In this document: piece by piece, positions 1 to 14,100 of the stretch
Layout of the letters: the number at the start of each line of letters is the position of its first letter
Position numbering within the stretch: the first letter of the stretch is position 1
Assembly: GCF_033153115.1 (NCBI RefSeq)
Contig: NW_026889790.1
Coordinates: 1,364,001 to 1,428,000, forward strand
Length of the DNA: 64,000 nucleotides
Reading direction: 5' to 3'
From: Saccostrea echinata
Lineage: Eukaryota
The notes under the pieces: generated by a model
Told to the model about the DNA's origin: nothing
What the model saw: only the letters and a program-made list of their open reading frames with translations
Database searches by the model: none
Translations under genes and position numbers: made by a program

Positions 1-30
1 TATGTATTCAATTTGTTTCAATAATACCCA

Positions 31-65
<35 letters not shown>

Positions 66-434
66 CTTTCACTACATGATCTATATAGCCCCGCCCTAGC
101 ACCAGAACCCCTGACCCTGGGGCCATGAATTTCATAATTTTGGTAGAGGGCTCAATGCTTATTACAATCATGCCAACAGTTTGACTGCTTGATGTCCAGG
201 AGTAAAGAAGAAGATTTTTAAAGATTGCATTAATTTTGATGGTTTTGGTCCCACCCCTCAGGCCCCAGGGGGGCAGGGGCCACGAATTTCACAATTTTTG
301 TTCCCCTTCACCCATAGATGCTATATGCCAAAATTGGTTGAAATTGGTTCACTGGTTCCAGAGAAGAAGCTGAAAATGTTCAAAAGTTTACGACCGACAA
401 ACGACGGACGACGCACGACGACGGACGAAAAGAG

Positions 435-472
<38 letters not shown>
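1..472 (+). mobile_element. Non-autonomous Helentron/HINE-like element, terminal part (in ERCC6 intron)
   Basis: Internal ~165-bp tandem units (gccccgccct..., ggggccaygaatttca), a (GACG/GAC)n microsatellite at 390-428, and a terminal palindrome TAGGTCACCTGAGT-G-ACTCAGGTGACCTA at 442-470 followed by an A-run. Confidence 0.8.
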
Positions 473-474
<2 letters not shown>

Positions 475-515
475 GGCTTTAATGTAGAAAAAGAAATACA
501 TTGTATGAAGATATA

Positions 516-690
516 CAGTTGAACTTTGGTATCTTGAACACTGGTATCTCAAATACCATGGATATGTCAAAGTGATTTGGAAGTCCCAAACACTTATTCT
601 TTAAGTATTTTACCCTTGATATCTCGAATCCTTGGTTATCTCTAACTTCTTTCTCGGTCCCATTGAGTTTGAGATAACGAGGTTTGACTA
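516..690. mobile_element. Tc1/mariner-pogo-type MITE family A, copy 1
   Basis: TA|CAGTTGAACTTTGGTATC ... GATAACGAGGTTTGACT. Near-identical to 2391-2560 and 42656-43056. Confidence 0.75.
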
Positions 691-713
691 CATATGTATA
701 TTGTGTTCCTGAC

Positions 714-3700
714 CTTTTTTGAAGAGTTTGTGGAGGACGTAATCATCCATGATCTTCTTCTCCTCTTCCTCCTTCTCCTGATTCTGTTTGTACACATCCT
801 GTTTCACAAGATGAGGTATCTTCTTCCCCTCAAATTCTACAAATGTATCCGATACAAATAAATGGTACCTTTCAATGAGACTTGACTCAGTGAATACAGC
901 AACACTGTAAGAATTTTGCTTTACCTGCATCTCTGACCCGCTTCCGATGCTTATGTTTATGATGTTTGTGATGTTTTTTATGGTGGGAGTGTCTGTGATG
1001 AGATTTATCTTTAGATGAAGGTGATTTGTTTTGGTGATGAGGACTAGACTTGGCTTTATCACTTTGTTTATCATGACAATCCCTGTCATTAGAGTCAAGC
1101 CTGACTGATATCTGAGAACAACCTTGACTGCTTGTGGATGGTAACTGTGAATTCTCACTCTCCATTATGCTGCTTTGAACAGAGTCCTTAGAATCTTCAG
1201 ATCCATGAGCAGAACTGTCACTCTTCATCTGAAAAAGATTCTTAGATTCCACTGAACAAATACCTGCAGTATTGTTTGTTATGGCACTACCATTGTGTGG
1301 CACTTTTTCAGAAGACTTTGATTTCATTAATTTAGAACTGAGCATTTTTGCCAGCTCTCTCATTCTTTTGATTTCACTCTCATCAAAGTATTGATCCTCC
1401 TCTTCTTCTTTCACTGCTTCAGCCTTCTTTTTATCTTGCAGAACATCAAACCGATTGGCTCTCTCTTTGACCTCTGATCTCTTGACCTCTGACCCTGTTC
1501 CAGCAAAGATTGCTCCTGTTTCTGTTCCTTCTTTATTGCCCTTACTTCCAAGTTCAAATAATTCATAAAGGTCATTGGATTTGAAGAACCGCCTCTGTTT
1601 TGGATCCTTTAAGACTCTGTTGGTCAGAAACTGCTTGAAAATTTGTCTAATGATAAAAGAAATAACAAATAATTATTTTCTTAAATAGACAACAGAGAAA
1701 AAGAAGTTGGTGTAAAAGGAAATACAAATTTAGAAAACTGACAGAGGACAGTGACATACCTGTGGTAGATCTTTTCCTCTATGGTGCCTGAGGTCAGGAG
1801 TCTGTATATAGTGACTTGTTTGGTTTGACCAATCCTCCAGGTCCTTTCTCTGGCCTGGGTGTCTGTGCTGGGGTTCCAGTCAGGGTCAAAGATGATCACC
1901 CTGTTGGCCCCTGTCAGATTTACACCCAAACCACCCACTCGTGTGGTCAGCAGGAACAGGTAGATTGAAGGGTCCTACAGTATTGAATGATTTATACATG
2001 TATAAATTATGTAGAATAAATTGGTAAATACTGTCTCCAGTAATACATGTACATGTACCCGGTACTACATATTCTCAATACAACTATTGCAAGAAAGTAC
2101 TTAATTATTCTTGAAAATGAATTTCAATTTATATTATTAATAAAATTAAAAGAATAGCCATACTTTAGTCAAGTTTGTACTGTACCTGGTTATAAGTGGT
2201 TATCATGGCCTGTCGTGATGAGATAGGTGTACCACCATCCATTCTGAGATAACTGTAGTTACGACTTTGTGTGAAAGACTCTAAAATGTCCAACATCTGC
2301 AATACACATAATCTATGGATAAAACATAAACACTATTTCCAATGAATGTATAGCTGTATAACATAATAGAATTTTTTTTAAGCTGAAATACAGTTGAACT
2401 TTGGTATCTCAAACACTGATATCTCAAAATGCCATGGATATGTCCAAGTGATTTGGAAGTCCTAACTACTTATTCTTTAAGTATTTTACCCTCGATATTT
2501 CGAATCATCAGATAACTTGAAGTTTTTTCTCAGACCCATCGAGTTCGAGATAACAAGGTAATTCTAAGTGGTTTATAGAGGGTAACAGACTAGCTGTGAT
2601 GAAGACAGGAGAATCTCTTCTTCTTACCGCTCTACTCTGACTGAAGAGTAGAACCCTGTGTCCCTGTTGTTTCCATAACTTCAGCAGTGCCTCCACAACA
2701 ATCATCTTTCCTGATCGTTTCCAGTAGCCATACTCCAGGGATGGGTCTCCCTGGCTGTCCTCACCAATGAAAAGCTTGGGTCCACCCGTACAAATGTCTG
2801 GGTGATTACAGATCTTTCTCAGGGTGATCAGGCCAGCAAAGATCTGTAAAGCAGCATAATAAAATCAGGAGCTACTTCTGGGATTCCTTATTCATTATGA
2901 ATTGATCAAATTTATGAGCAATAAAATTACTAAATTGCTTTTTCTGACACAACAGTACATACAGTGTATAAATTCTGAGCTTGAACAATTTTTGTCTCCA
3001 TTCCATTACCTGGTATTTCCCAGCCAGAATAGCCTGACACTCTCTTGACTGGAGATATTCTAGGTACACGTCTCTCTGTTCATCAGTCAATCTGCAGAAC
3101 AGTACCTAAAAAAACAACCTCCTCCATTTATCAGTAGAAAATTTAATTACTCTACACAAACTGAAAAATAAAATGTCATACCTCATCCTCCTTGAAAAAT
3201 TTGGATACACAAAAACTTACATGTACATACTTACTTGTTCATTTTTACTTGGAAGGTTAATTTTGACATCTGCTTTCATCCTCCTCAGTAAATATGGATT
3301 GATGGTGTCTCTTAACACACAAGCACATTTGTACGCTGTCTGAACCTGCTCAAACATTGTTAAGGTATTAGACAACTTATCTTGTATCTACCAAAATTGA
3401 TAAAAATGGCTTCTGATGTTGACCATTGCTTACCTGCATTTCTGTGGCATTGGCATATCCTCCCTGAACTATAGGAATTGAAAAATGCTGCAGGAAATCT
3501 GGCAATGTGCCAAGTTTTCCAGGGAACACAAAGTCAAACAAGGACCATAACTCCTTCAGGTTGTTCTGGATAGGGGAACCAGACAAAATGATTCTATGTG
3601 GAGTCCGAAACTGAAAGTAAAAATACATGCATCTTATCAAAGGAAAAAAGCAATGTTTCCAAATTAAGAGACACATAACTCTCCATCAATGGGCAAAACT

Positions 3701-6700
3701 GATTATCAAAATTTGGCGTTTTCCATTTGGTTCATAATTTATTAAGTTAAATCAATACTTTTCAGATTAAGTTACTAAAAGATATTGAAAAACTCTCTGC
3801 CATATTTAACTATCATGTACATGGGAACTGAGGGTGAATATTGGCCTAATCTGAAGTCTATAACATTAACCCAACCCCTCCCATTTGTGCCTGACTTCAT
3901 ACTTTTGTTATCTTTACCTGTTTGCACGCCTGCGTTACTTGAGCATCTGGGTTCCTAATTTTGTGGCCCTCGTCAAGCACCACATAATGCCAGTCATACG
4001 GCAGGATCTTGTCCTGATGGATGACCAGGGTGCTGAAAGAAGTGATAAGGACCCCCTTATCCTTCACAATACTCCGTACCAACTCCTCCTACAAAATATT
4101 AACCAAGTCAGTGAGTGATGAGGACCCCCTTATCCTTCACACTACTTCGCACCAATTCTTCCTATAAAATATTAGCTACCAGTAAACAAGTTAGCTGATC
4201 AATCCTTCACAATACTCTGTACTAACTCCTCCTACAAAATATTGACGAAGTCTGTTAGATCATTATTATTGTACATGTATTTGTTATCTTAATACATGTA
4301 TATTGCAATGTCCTCCTTAGGCTCCTATTCAAGCAATCTCTTTCCAGATTCATCACAGATTATGACTTGACTCCAATACATGATCCACAGGTGTGTGGAA
4401 TAACTCAACTTATCTAACAGCGGAGAAAATACCAGAAGAGTTCAGAATTGTCAGACTTACCTCATTCCCAGTGAAGGACCCAGAGGAGTGCAGGATGGCC
4501 ACCCTGAACAATGGCCACCACTTGTGGAACTCTTTAACCCACTGAGACATAACTGTTGTTGGTGTTACAATGACTGTAGGCCCTAAACCACGGTATCTGA
4601 AATGTGAAACAATCCATGTTGAGTATGTGAACCAGTGAAATTGTGTACAAATAGAAATAATTTATAATAAATACTTGTGAGAATAAGAGCAAAAAAATTG
4701 TAAAACCAATGCATGAACAGACAAACTAATACATAAACATGTAAATTTACTGATTCACTATCTCTTTCTAACCCCTACTTTATGTCAATTTTATGAGACA
4801 AAACCAGCCTACTTGAAGTGCTTGGAGACTATTTTGCTCTGTCTCAGGGCCGCCAGGAAGGCTATCATCTGGATGGTCTTGCCCAGTCCCATCTCGTCTC
4901 CGATTATCCCCCCTGCTGACTGACAGTGCAGCTCCCACAGCCAGCTCACACCAACTCTCTGATAACTAGATGTAAATTTGTACATTTAAGATGTGCTGTA
5001 TTTGGCATTAGTTATCACATGTGTAACATTTTTTTACTGGCACTTAGTTTAAAGTGGTTCTTGTTATTTATCAGATATAGAGAATCTTTTTTAAAAAATA
5101 ACAATCATTGTTACATTTTCAGTCTGAGACTTTGAAACTTATCGGTACTTTCTTGCTTCCTATGATGGAGTGTGATAAAAAAATCAGGAAAAGATCAGAA
5201 AAATCTTGATATTTACTCTCTTTTTTTGATCTACCTGGTATCAGTTTATGTACAGTGTACATGTAATTCAGAATCTTTTTTGAAGCAACACAATTTACAA
5301 CTACATGTATACTTATATTAAGATGTGCTTTTTTTTCTCTTTAAACTTTAACACTGTTAACATTTACTTGAATAACTTGGACCAGATTCTGCCCGGTACT
5401 CGGAGCCCTCCCTCCAGTTCTTCATCAAGCTCCTCCTCAATCTCCCCAGTATCCACCCTCTTTAACCTCTTCCTCTCAAGTTTGTTAAATTCCCTATAAA
5501 AATATTAATACTGTTGTAGACATCCTTTTTTTTCTGTGTGGGATTAAGTTAAGTTATGTACACAGTCTAAAATTTCCGGTGTAAATTTGTCACAAATCAC
5601 AACAAACTTTAAGTAAGTTTAAGACACAATGGCAGTCCATGAAATCCACTTAATTTTCTAACAGGAATTGTGATTTTACAGAATTATGACTCCATGTGAA
5701 AAAAAAATATGTTTAAAGTACATTGATACATGTATTTATTCAGAAATTTTCTGTCACATAAAGTTTTCTTTCTAAAACAGAATTCCCCCTAGACTTTTTT
5801 CAATCTTACTCAATACGGCTGTGATAGAAATCTTCATCCCCATCATCTTTGCCTTTTCGCTCTGCAATGTCTCGATTAATTTTCCTTTTGCTTGCAACAG
5901 CAAAGTCCTCATCTTCATTTGACACAAAATACTTTGGAGGTTTCTTCGGCTTTATTATTGAACTCTTTTTCTTCCGTTTCTTCTCTTCTATTAACAGTTT
6001 AAAAACAAAAGTTATTTACTATTTATATATATAGTCTGAGAGAGCTAACACACACCCAGTAAAATAATTTAGTAAATCATTACTTGATATATCTGGTTCA
6101 TCCTCTAAACCCGAGTCCTCAGAGCTCGGTCTCACGAGTTCCCCCTCCTCTGGTTGATACTCATCCCCCTCTGACAAGTAACCCTCTGGGTCATCATAGT
6201 AACAGTTCTCTTCATCACTCAAGGCTGAATCTTCACGGAAATTCCTGGAAATCCTAGAGTATCTCCTCTTACTTCTGTAATTGTGTTTGTAAAATGCCCC
6301 CTCCACATCATTCCGGTAAGATTTCTTGTCTCTCGAGTCAAAAAAGTTTTCAGATCTGTCTGTATTTTGTGATGTTGAAGCTGGTGAGTCTATCATTCCA
6401 TGGCTGACAGAAGAATTTGAGCTTTCATGAGTTTCTTTATTACTTATTGTTTCCTTTGATGATCCATTCTGCAAATGGTTGTACAGGTTTTAATACTGAA
6501 GGTACATGAATACCCTGTCTGACATAACATTAAGCAAAATAAAACCGATATCTTCAAAGCAGATAGTTACCGGTTGCCTCATTTTTTTTCCTTTTAAAAT
6601 TGGAAAAGAACAAAAGTATTCTACCTCGTTCACACCCTCCCCTGTAAATTTTGGATCCTTTTCTGTTGATGATGAGACAACAGTTCCAAAAGGAGTCATC

Positions 6701-7786
6701 TGCCCCAGTCTGATCATCTTTTCCTTTTCTGTCTCTGATTTAGAACCCAGTCCTAGTAGCTTGTTCAGTGCAGCTCCATCTAAATTCAATAGAATAAATA
6801 AAAATCTTACTGTTTTAAACATTCTTCCTGCCTGAAATTGCATAGCAATATCATTATTATTCTGAAAAGTTTACCTTGTTTAAAAACATCCTGTGGAATG
6901 TCTGAGGTCCCATTTATCTTGATCTGTAGTGCACGTTGTCTTGCATACAAAGTTTTCAGTTGACTTAACTGTAAAAAGTTTAAGCTATTTCATTATTTTT
7001 TTTTTTAACAATGATTATAATCAAATTATTTTAATTAAAGAAGGATGTCATAATGTGAGATTTACCTTATTTTCTCTCTGATTCTGGACAGAGACTAGTC
7101 TGTTTCTTACATGACTGTTTCCCACTGCATTTCCAAGAGTTGACAAAACTTTATCCATAGTTTCAACTTCTTTCTTAACTTTGCTTTAAACATAAGAAAT
7201 TGGAGATAGGTAATTCAAATCAATATAAATATAATAATGTATGTGTTACATAAATATTATTATACTACTTACGCTATATCATATTTGATGTCTGTCTCTT
7301 CCTTTTGAAGTTTCTTTTTCTGTTGTTCTTCCTCTTCTTTAGCCAAGGCCATATCTACCTGAGCCATTACACCTGTATGATAAAAATCCATGAATTCTTC
7401 ATTAAAACTGACATACCGGTATTTTGTCTTGCAAAAGATGTACCTGGGGATTAAATTCTTAAATACATGCTTACTTTTAGGTTCCTCTCTAAGGTTGATC
7501 TTAAACCATTTACAAGAGAAAAAAAAACACTCATTCAGAACAGACCTTCCTCAAATTCTTCTTGATTGAAGACAGTCAGCCCAAGATCCCCCAGTTCACT
7601 GTCTTCATTCATTTCTGCGAGTTGTGCAGAAGGAATAAGTGTCCTATCGACATGAAACCTAGTTGTAGAATCCTCCTCTTGGGGAGCAGAATCCTCATGA
7701 CCAGATTCTGGGGGACACTCTCCTCTCACTGTACCATTCCAGTCTTCCATCACACCAGAGATGGAGCTTGGTTGGATTTCACTCAT
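714..7786 (-). CDS. ERCC6: DNA excision repair protein ERCC-6 / CSB (SWI2/SNF2 ATPase), multi-exon, 3' part continues beyond window start
   Basis: ATG at 7786. Spliced exons encode SNF2 motifs: GDEMGLGKT (~4870-4910), [15 protein letters not shown] (3918-4088), [35 protein letters not shown] and [40 protein letters not shown]-type segments are also present: [19 protein letters not shown] and [15 protein letters not shown] boundaries were phase-consistent where checked. The last exon in the window ends at 714 (donor at 713). Confidence 0.96.
2391..2560. mobile_element. MITE family A, copy 2
   Basis: TA|CAGTTGAACTTTGGTATCTC start and the same body as 516-690; the right end is decayed. Confidence 0.75.
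4040..4250 (-). repeat. 3 tandem copies (~70-73 bp) of an ERCC6 3' splice site plus exon start
   Basis: aatattttrtag|GARGARTTRGT at 4088 (real), 4161 and 4231. Confidence 0.85.
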
Positions 7787-8159
7787 TTTGAACGCTTATA
7801 TTGACTTCTAGCTTACTGGAATTAAGTTCACTAATGTGATGTTTCATTATGAAGATCTACTTTTCCATTCTTCTATCCATATTTTACGTCTAGTCAACAC
7901 CGTTTAGAAACACTGCTTCTTCTGCAAGAAAGATTTCATAACAACCCCTCTCAGTAGTGTCGCTTATGTACATGCCGAAAACTTTATTTTATATAATATC
8001 TTCATGAAGTAATATTCTGAATTTTTTATTTTGTAATTATGAATAATTTAAATAACCTTTGTTGATAATGTTAGTGATAATGAGTACGTAAAAATTATTT
8101 ATTTTATGAAACGTAAGCGGCTAAAATTTACTTCCGGTGTAAACAAAAAGTTGAGAGAC
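7787..8159. promoter_or_regulatory. Bidirectional promoter region ERCC6/ASPSCR1
   Basis: Divergent ATGs are 374 bp apart. An ETS/GABP-like ACTTCCGGT lies at ~8130-8138. Confidence 0.65.
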
Positions 8160-11100
8160 ATGTCGACTGTTCAAGTTCTATGCCCCAACGGCCGGCGACA
8201 GAACGTTAAAGTAACGCCAAATACGAAACTACTTCAGGTAAGTACAAAATACCTTTTTTTATGCTTATTTCAAGCAAACGGTCGGCATTTCTTTTAATGA
8301 CATGTCAAACTGTGTTACAAGTCCTTCTTGAAGTTTCAAATTTGCATGTCATCCTTGGGCAACACACACATTTTATAAACATTTGATCTACCACTTCAGT
8401 CTATGTTGAAATTCAAAGAATTTTTTTTAGCCCACATAGAGCTTTGTCTAGTGAATTTGAGTTTATCAATCTGGAATAAATAAATCTTCTCTGAATATCA
8501 TTTATCAGTGTTTTCTAGTTACGGGTTATCTAATCTCAGCGAGATTCGTAGGGACTAAAAATTTTGGTCTGGTGTCCCTACGTAGGGACACCAGACCAAA
8601 ATTTTTAGTTCCTACGAATCTCGCTGAGATTATGCAGGGACACCAGACCAAAATTTTTAATCCCTACAAATCTCGCTTAGATTATGGGTTATCATGCTAT
8701 ATGAGGAGTCAACTCGTAACCAGAATGTTAGTTATGTAACCAGAATCTTGGTTACGAGTTGACTTTTGCCTTTTATTATGAGTTGACATATTTGGTTCAA
8801 GTTGACTTGGTTACAAGTCAGTCAGGGTACAATTAAGTTGAACAGAAACCTTTGATGTCAAACTACCTACTTAATTATACACTGTATTAATTATTATTTA
8901 TAACCAAGGTTTATGTACTTTCTGTTTCCAAATATATCTGTTTAAAAAGTCCCTAAAGGACTCCCTTATACATGTATTAGCCCATTGTTTCTATGACATT
9001 ATTAGGCATTGGAATACAGTGTGGGAATTGAAAAAAAATATATATCCAAGGGATAAACGTAATAAATTCCATTCAAATTATATTTTTTAAGTGATATAGT
9101 CTTAGTATTCATTGATATCCACAGTATTTTTCTCAATTCACATGTGAATTTTAGAACCAACATAATAATAATAATAATTAAATTTCAGTGTATGTAAGTT
9201 GTAATCCCTTCCCATTACCCAGTGTTATTTCTTGTTGTTTATATCAGTATGAAAAGTTCTGTTTACATATCACTTGTTTTATTAGACATCATATTCTATT
9301 TCAGGTACTAGAGGAAGTGTGTAAAAAGCAGGGATTCCTTCCTCCAGAAGACTACTCACTTAAGTATGATGTGTACATTATTGTCCACTGTTTCATGAAA
9401 GCATAGGACATTAAATCTCATTCAGTCTGTCTATCTGTCTTGCACAAAAACTTTAACGTTGGGTATAACTTTAAATTGGTTCTTTTAGCATGATGGACAG
9501 ACAAGACAGTTATAAGCCATAGATCATGGCACTCCAACCAATAGGACCCAGAAAGCGGGCAACCACAATTCTCTGAATTTGCTTGTTTTTTTATCTCCCC
9601 ACAATTAAGTTGGGTTGGATATAGTGACATGCATGTGTGTCAGGGTTGAGTGAGTGTGTGTGTGTATATCAGAAGTTATGCAAGAGATAATTTATATTGG
9701 GATTGATGTGCTCATTTGCAAGGGGATGCTCTGCTTTGCAGTGCCTTTTTTATTATTATTTTCATTGTTTTTTTTATATTGTGGTTCTCCTCTGGTCATG
9801 CTTGTGATGAAATTTGAGAAAATGTCATAAAAGAGATAATGATTTCTTTGATGTAATGCTTTTTGGGGAATTAATTTACCCAAAATACTCAGAGGTACTG
9901 TAGCTTTAGTCTATATTTATAATGTCTATTTACCTTATCATTGTAATTATTGTATTACAGACATGGAAGAAAGACTGTAGATGTTACCCTATCCATAAGG
10001 TATTCCAATCTACCCAACAATGTTAAACTGGAACTGGTGAAGAGTGAATCCAGCCGAGCGGAACAAGATGTTCTGATTGCCTTACAGCTGGAGGATGGTC
10101 AGAGACTTCAGCAGACATTTTCACCTGCCACATCACTGTGGGACATACTACAGCACTGGGAGAAAGCAGACAGGTCAGTCTCTGGGAAATATGTACTGAT
10201 TATTGGTTCTTCTATTTCAAGAGAAATTTGTCAGTGGATAATACATGTATCTGGAATATTTTTTCTTCCAGAGCATGACATTCACACAGAATATGTACAG
10301 TATTGAAATGTCAGACTTACTGAGACAGAGTACATACAAGATTTACAGTAAAAATGAATTTTTATAAAAACACGGTTATTTTAGAGTAAAAGTAATTTTT
10401 TACAGTGCTCACACAGGAAACCTGTGTAAGATGGATCCTTCCCATACACCCCCCATCCAAACTACTTGTATCTACATGAGAGAGGAGGTGAGCTAATGCT
10501 TGTAATATATGTGTGATTATTGGCTTGATCTACTGGTCCCAGATAAATTAAAAATAACTGTACTGAGTTTTAAGACCTTGCTGTTTTTAATTGTATTAAT
10601 CACATGTATAAAAGTATAACAATGAAGATTCACTTTATTCCTAGGTAATAGGTGAGGTTGCACTACAGACCATGACACTTAGAAAACTTGGTTTAACTAG
10701 TGGAAAAGCTGTCATAAGGTGAACATCATATAATACTAGTACTGTCACTAATTTCACTAATTTTTATGGGGGTTTAATTTTTGTTGTTTTCAAGGTATGA
10801 GGAGACCCACTAATTCATGACCACCATGAGATGTAAAATGTCATATACATGACTACTCAACAATTCTTCATCCACAAAATCAAATCTTTATGAACCCATA
10901 GTTTCTCCTGACTGCAATAATTGGGCCCCACGAAAATATGTGATTTTACAGTATACTAGTATATGAATACAGTTTATCCACAAACTATTGAATAATTATT
11001 GGGCTGTTTCATACACTGTAAAAATATCATTTCATAGTTAGTCAAACATATGATTTCATATCACAATTTAATAAAAAAAAAAAAAAAAGGATTAGATGTT

Positions 11101-14100
11101 TATTGTGGTAAATACACTCAGAAATATTTTTGTTTTTCTTATCAGACTTGTTCACAGGCCAGTAGATGACACAGTGATGGCAGAAATTTTAGATAAAATA
11201 GAGAGAGAGAAAACAAAGTTGGAGAAGCTAGACTCTTTAGCTCAAAGACAGCTGTCCCAACAGGAGGATAAATCTCTACCTCCTAAAGCTGAAGAGCTCA
11301 TTGACAGGTCTGAGGAAAAGTCACAATCAACTGAAGACAAATCTGAGATTTCAACTGAGTCAACAAGTCAGACCTCGGAAGCCATGGAGGTAGACCCAAA
11401 ACCCAGTACATCAGTACCCAGCACATCACAACAACCAATGGAAGTAGAGGAAAGGATTGAAACTCCAGGTCATAGGGCATCAAATGAGGGTAGAGGTCAA
11501 AGTCGTGGTAATCAGCAGCAGGATTTTGTAGAAACAATCAGGCAGATGAATATTCCAGGGGTTCAAGTGTTTGCTCCTGGAGATTTCAATGAATTGTCAC
11601 CACAAGAACAAGAGGTAATGATGTAGTGCATGTACCACTAAAAACTAATAAATTTTAAAATCAGTGATGTAGTACATGTACGTTATAACACTAATAACTT
11701 CTAAAACCAGCCATAATATTACTTTGTAATGTACAGAAATTATTTAAAGTTAAATTAAACCAACAATTATATACTACTATATTAAATTGTAGATTGCAAG
11801 ATGTTTGGCAGCATATTACATGCCACAAATGGGTTTACACCCATCACCCAATCGGCAAGCAGCAGGGGGATCAAAACCAAAGAGAGGTCGACCTCAAGAG
11901 GCAGTTCAATTTGCAGAGTTCAAGGTCATTTATTGTTGTCTGTTATGTACATCTTGTTATAGAAAAAAACCTTCTGATTAAATACAAAAGTTTTTTTTTC
12001 AATACTTATAAAAGTGTGTTTTTATATTAACACAGTTTCCAGAAGACACAAAAGGAAAAGATGTTTATAAAAATGAATTAAGGTAGGTTAATGTATATCT
12101 GTAGAAGAAGGAAAATCAATACATCAACAAATTTCTTATGAACAATGAGAATAACCATGTACATGTAATTAAGAGAAGTCTTCTAAGGATAACCAGTAAA
12201 TTATTTACTTTGTAGTGAAGTCAACCGAGAGGAATTCAAGGTAAATTCAGACATCTTAATGCTGCTTTGTTATCCACCTTTTCTGATGCCTTTTTCTCTG
12301 AACTACATGTATATTTAGTAACTTCTATCTGATTCTAGCCCTGTGACAGACAAGCTGTTTTGTTTAATGCTGAGGAAGTCATCCAATCAACAGCTTCAAA
12401 TGAAGGTCAGTTGTCTGCAATGCATAAGTAAGATTAGAATATCTTATCAGCTTAAAAACATTACAAATTTTAACAATGAAGCGCCCTGGAATTTAAGAAT
12501 GGGATATGAACTTTTCTCAGTATCATTTGGGAGATGTGCTAAACTTATGCTAGTTAAGCCTGTCATTCAGTAAATTTTGTATTTATTTGGGATTGTAGAT
12601 CTTCCTGATGAATTCTTTGAAATAACAGAAAATGATATCAGGAAAATGATGGTAGACCTACAGAAGAAAGCGTAAGTATCTCAGTTCTCTACTGCATGTG
12701 GATGTATCATCAAAATTATACTAAGACTATTTTTAGCGCTACATGCATGTAGAATTGTTGAATGATTTGAAAACAAGTTTGGAGCAATGCAGGAGATTCC
12801 TGTAAAATTTTATATGAATCTATACTGTTTCATTTGGGGAGGAGGGGGTGCATTTTGAGATCCTGCTTTATTTAAATACTAGAGTGGGCTGTATGTTTTA
12901 TTGAAGGTGTCTTCTTGTCTTGCATTTTGAAGTTAGTTTATACTGAAAGATTACACTTAAGATTTATAATTTCCCTACACAGACAAAGTGAGATGGAGCA
13001 GCCACTGTTAACACGAAGCATGGTTCAGGAAAGGCTAGAATCGCAGTATTCTAAATACCAACATGTGGTCATCCGGATCCAGTTTCCAGACAAAGTAGTG
13101 CTCCAGGGATTATTCCGACCAAAAGAGACTGGTGTGTGAGAGAGCTCCGATTTGTTTTCATTTTAATTTGAATTCTTGTTTTCTAATTCAGGAAATAATT
13201 TTTGACAATTTGAAATGCATAATTAATTTATGTTGTATAGCCATCACTGATTATTTGATTTTTCAGTTCATGCATTGCATAAATTTGTGAAAGAATATCT
13301 GGAGGACAAAAGCCAAGGATTCTATCTTTGTAAGTACAAAATACAGTTCAGTGCTATCACCATGCATATGTCATAGAAGAGGATACACTGATCATATTGA
13401 ATTACATTAACTAACAGTATGCTGTACATGTATTATGATCAATTTTCTGCATTATTTTTCAGACACTGCACCTCCAAAACAGGTGTTGAAGGATCAAACA
13501 CTGAATTTGATTCAGGTATTGTATGCATTTTATAAGCTCAGAAAGTAATTTTTCAATCTTAGTGCTAATATGGGCATACATGTACATGCAACAGTTAAAC
13601 GTAATGAAGAACTAAGTCGAAAAAAAAGTTTGTACATCAATTGTAATGCAGTAATAAGTCAGAGAAATGTTTGAAGATGAAGTTTATGTGGATGTATTTT
13701 ACAGGCAAAACTAGCACCGGCCTCTGTTGTGTATTTTGGATCAGAGACAACAAAAGGTTTGTCACTTTCAAAACATATATACACCTGTACATGTATGTAA
13801 ATTATTTTAAAGTTTCCATCCAGGTTTGAATGTTTTTGATTCTGCGCAGCAGTAAATACTATATGCATTACCAGTAGGGAACGTTCCTTTATTATGTATC
13901 TTGTTTGAGTTTTCACACTGGTGATGTGTAATTTTTATATGTACATGATTTCTGTTTTACTTTCAGATCATTATCTTTCGGAGGCTGTAATGAAGGAAAT
14001 CAGTCCAAAGAGCAAAGCAGAGGATATTGTGGAAAAAAGGCAGGTTTTTGTCAGGAAATATTTTGAAAAAAAAATATTATGGTCACCTCTGCTTGTCAGA

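Noticed and set aside
688-1414. Apparent frameshift between two overlapping ERCC6 ORFs
   Set aside because: Explained by an ~88-nt GT-AG intron (GCAG|gtaaag ~924 to tttgtag|AATTT ~837).
5000-6500. Domesticated piggyBac (PGBD3-like) exon in ERCC6 as in primates
   Set aside because: The introns here are short and contain no transposase ORF.
11612-11710. ~47-bp duplication next to an ASPSCR1 donor as a seventh junction array
   Set aside because: The second copy lacks the exon portion and the GT, so it does not clearly span the junction.
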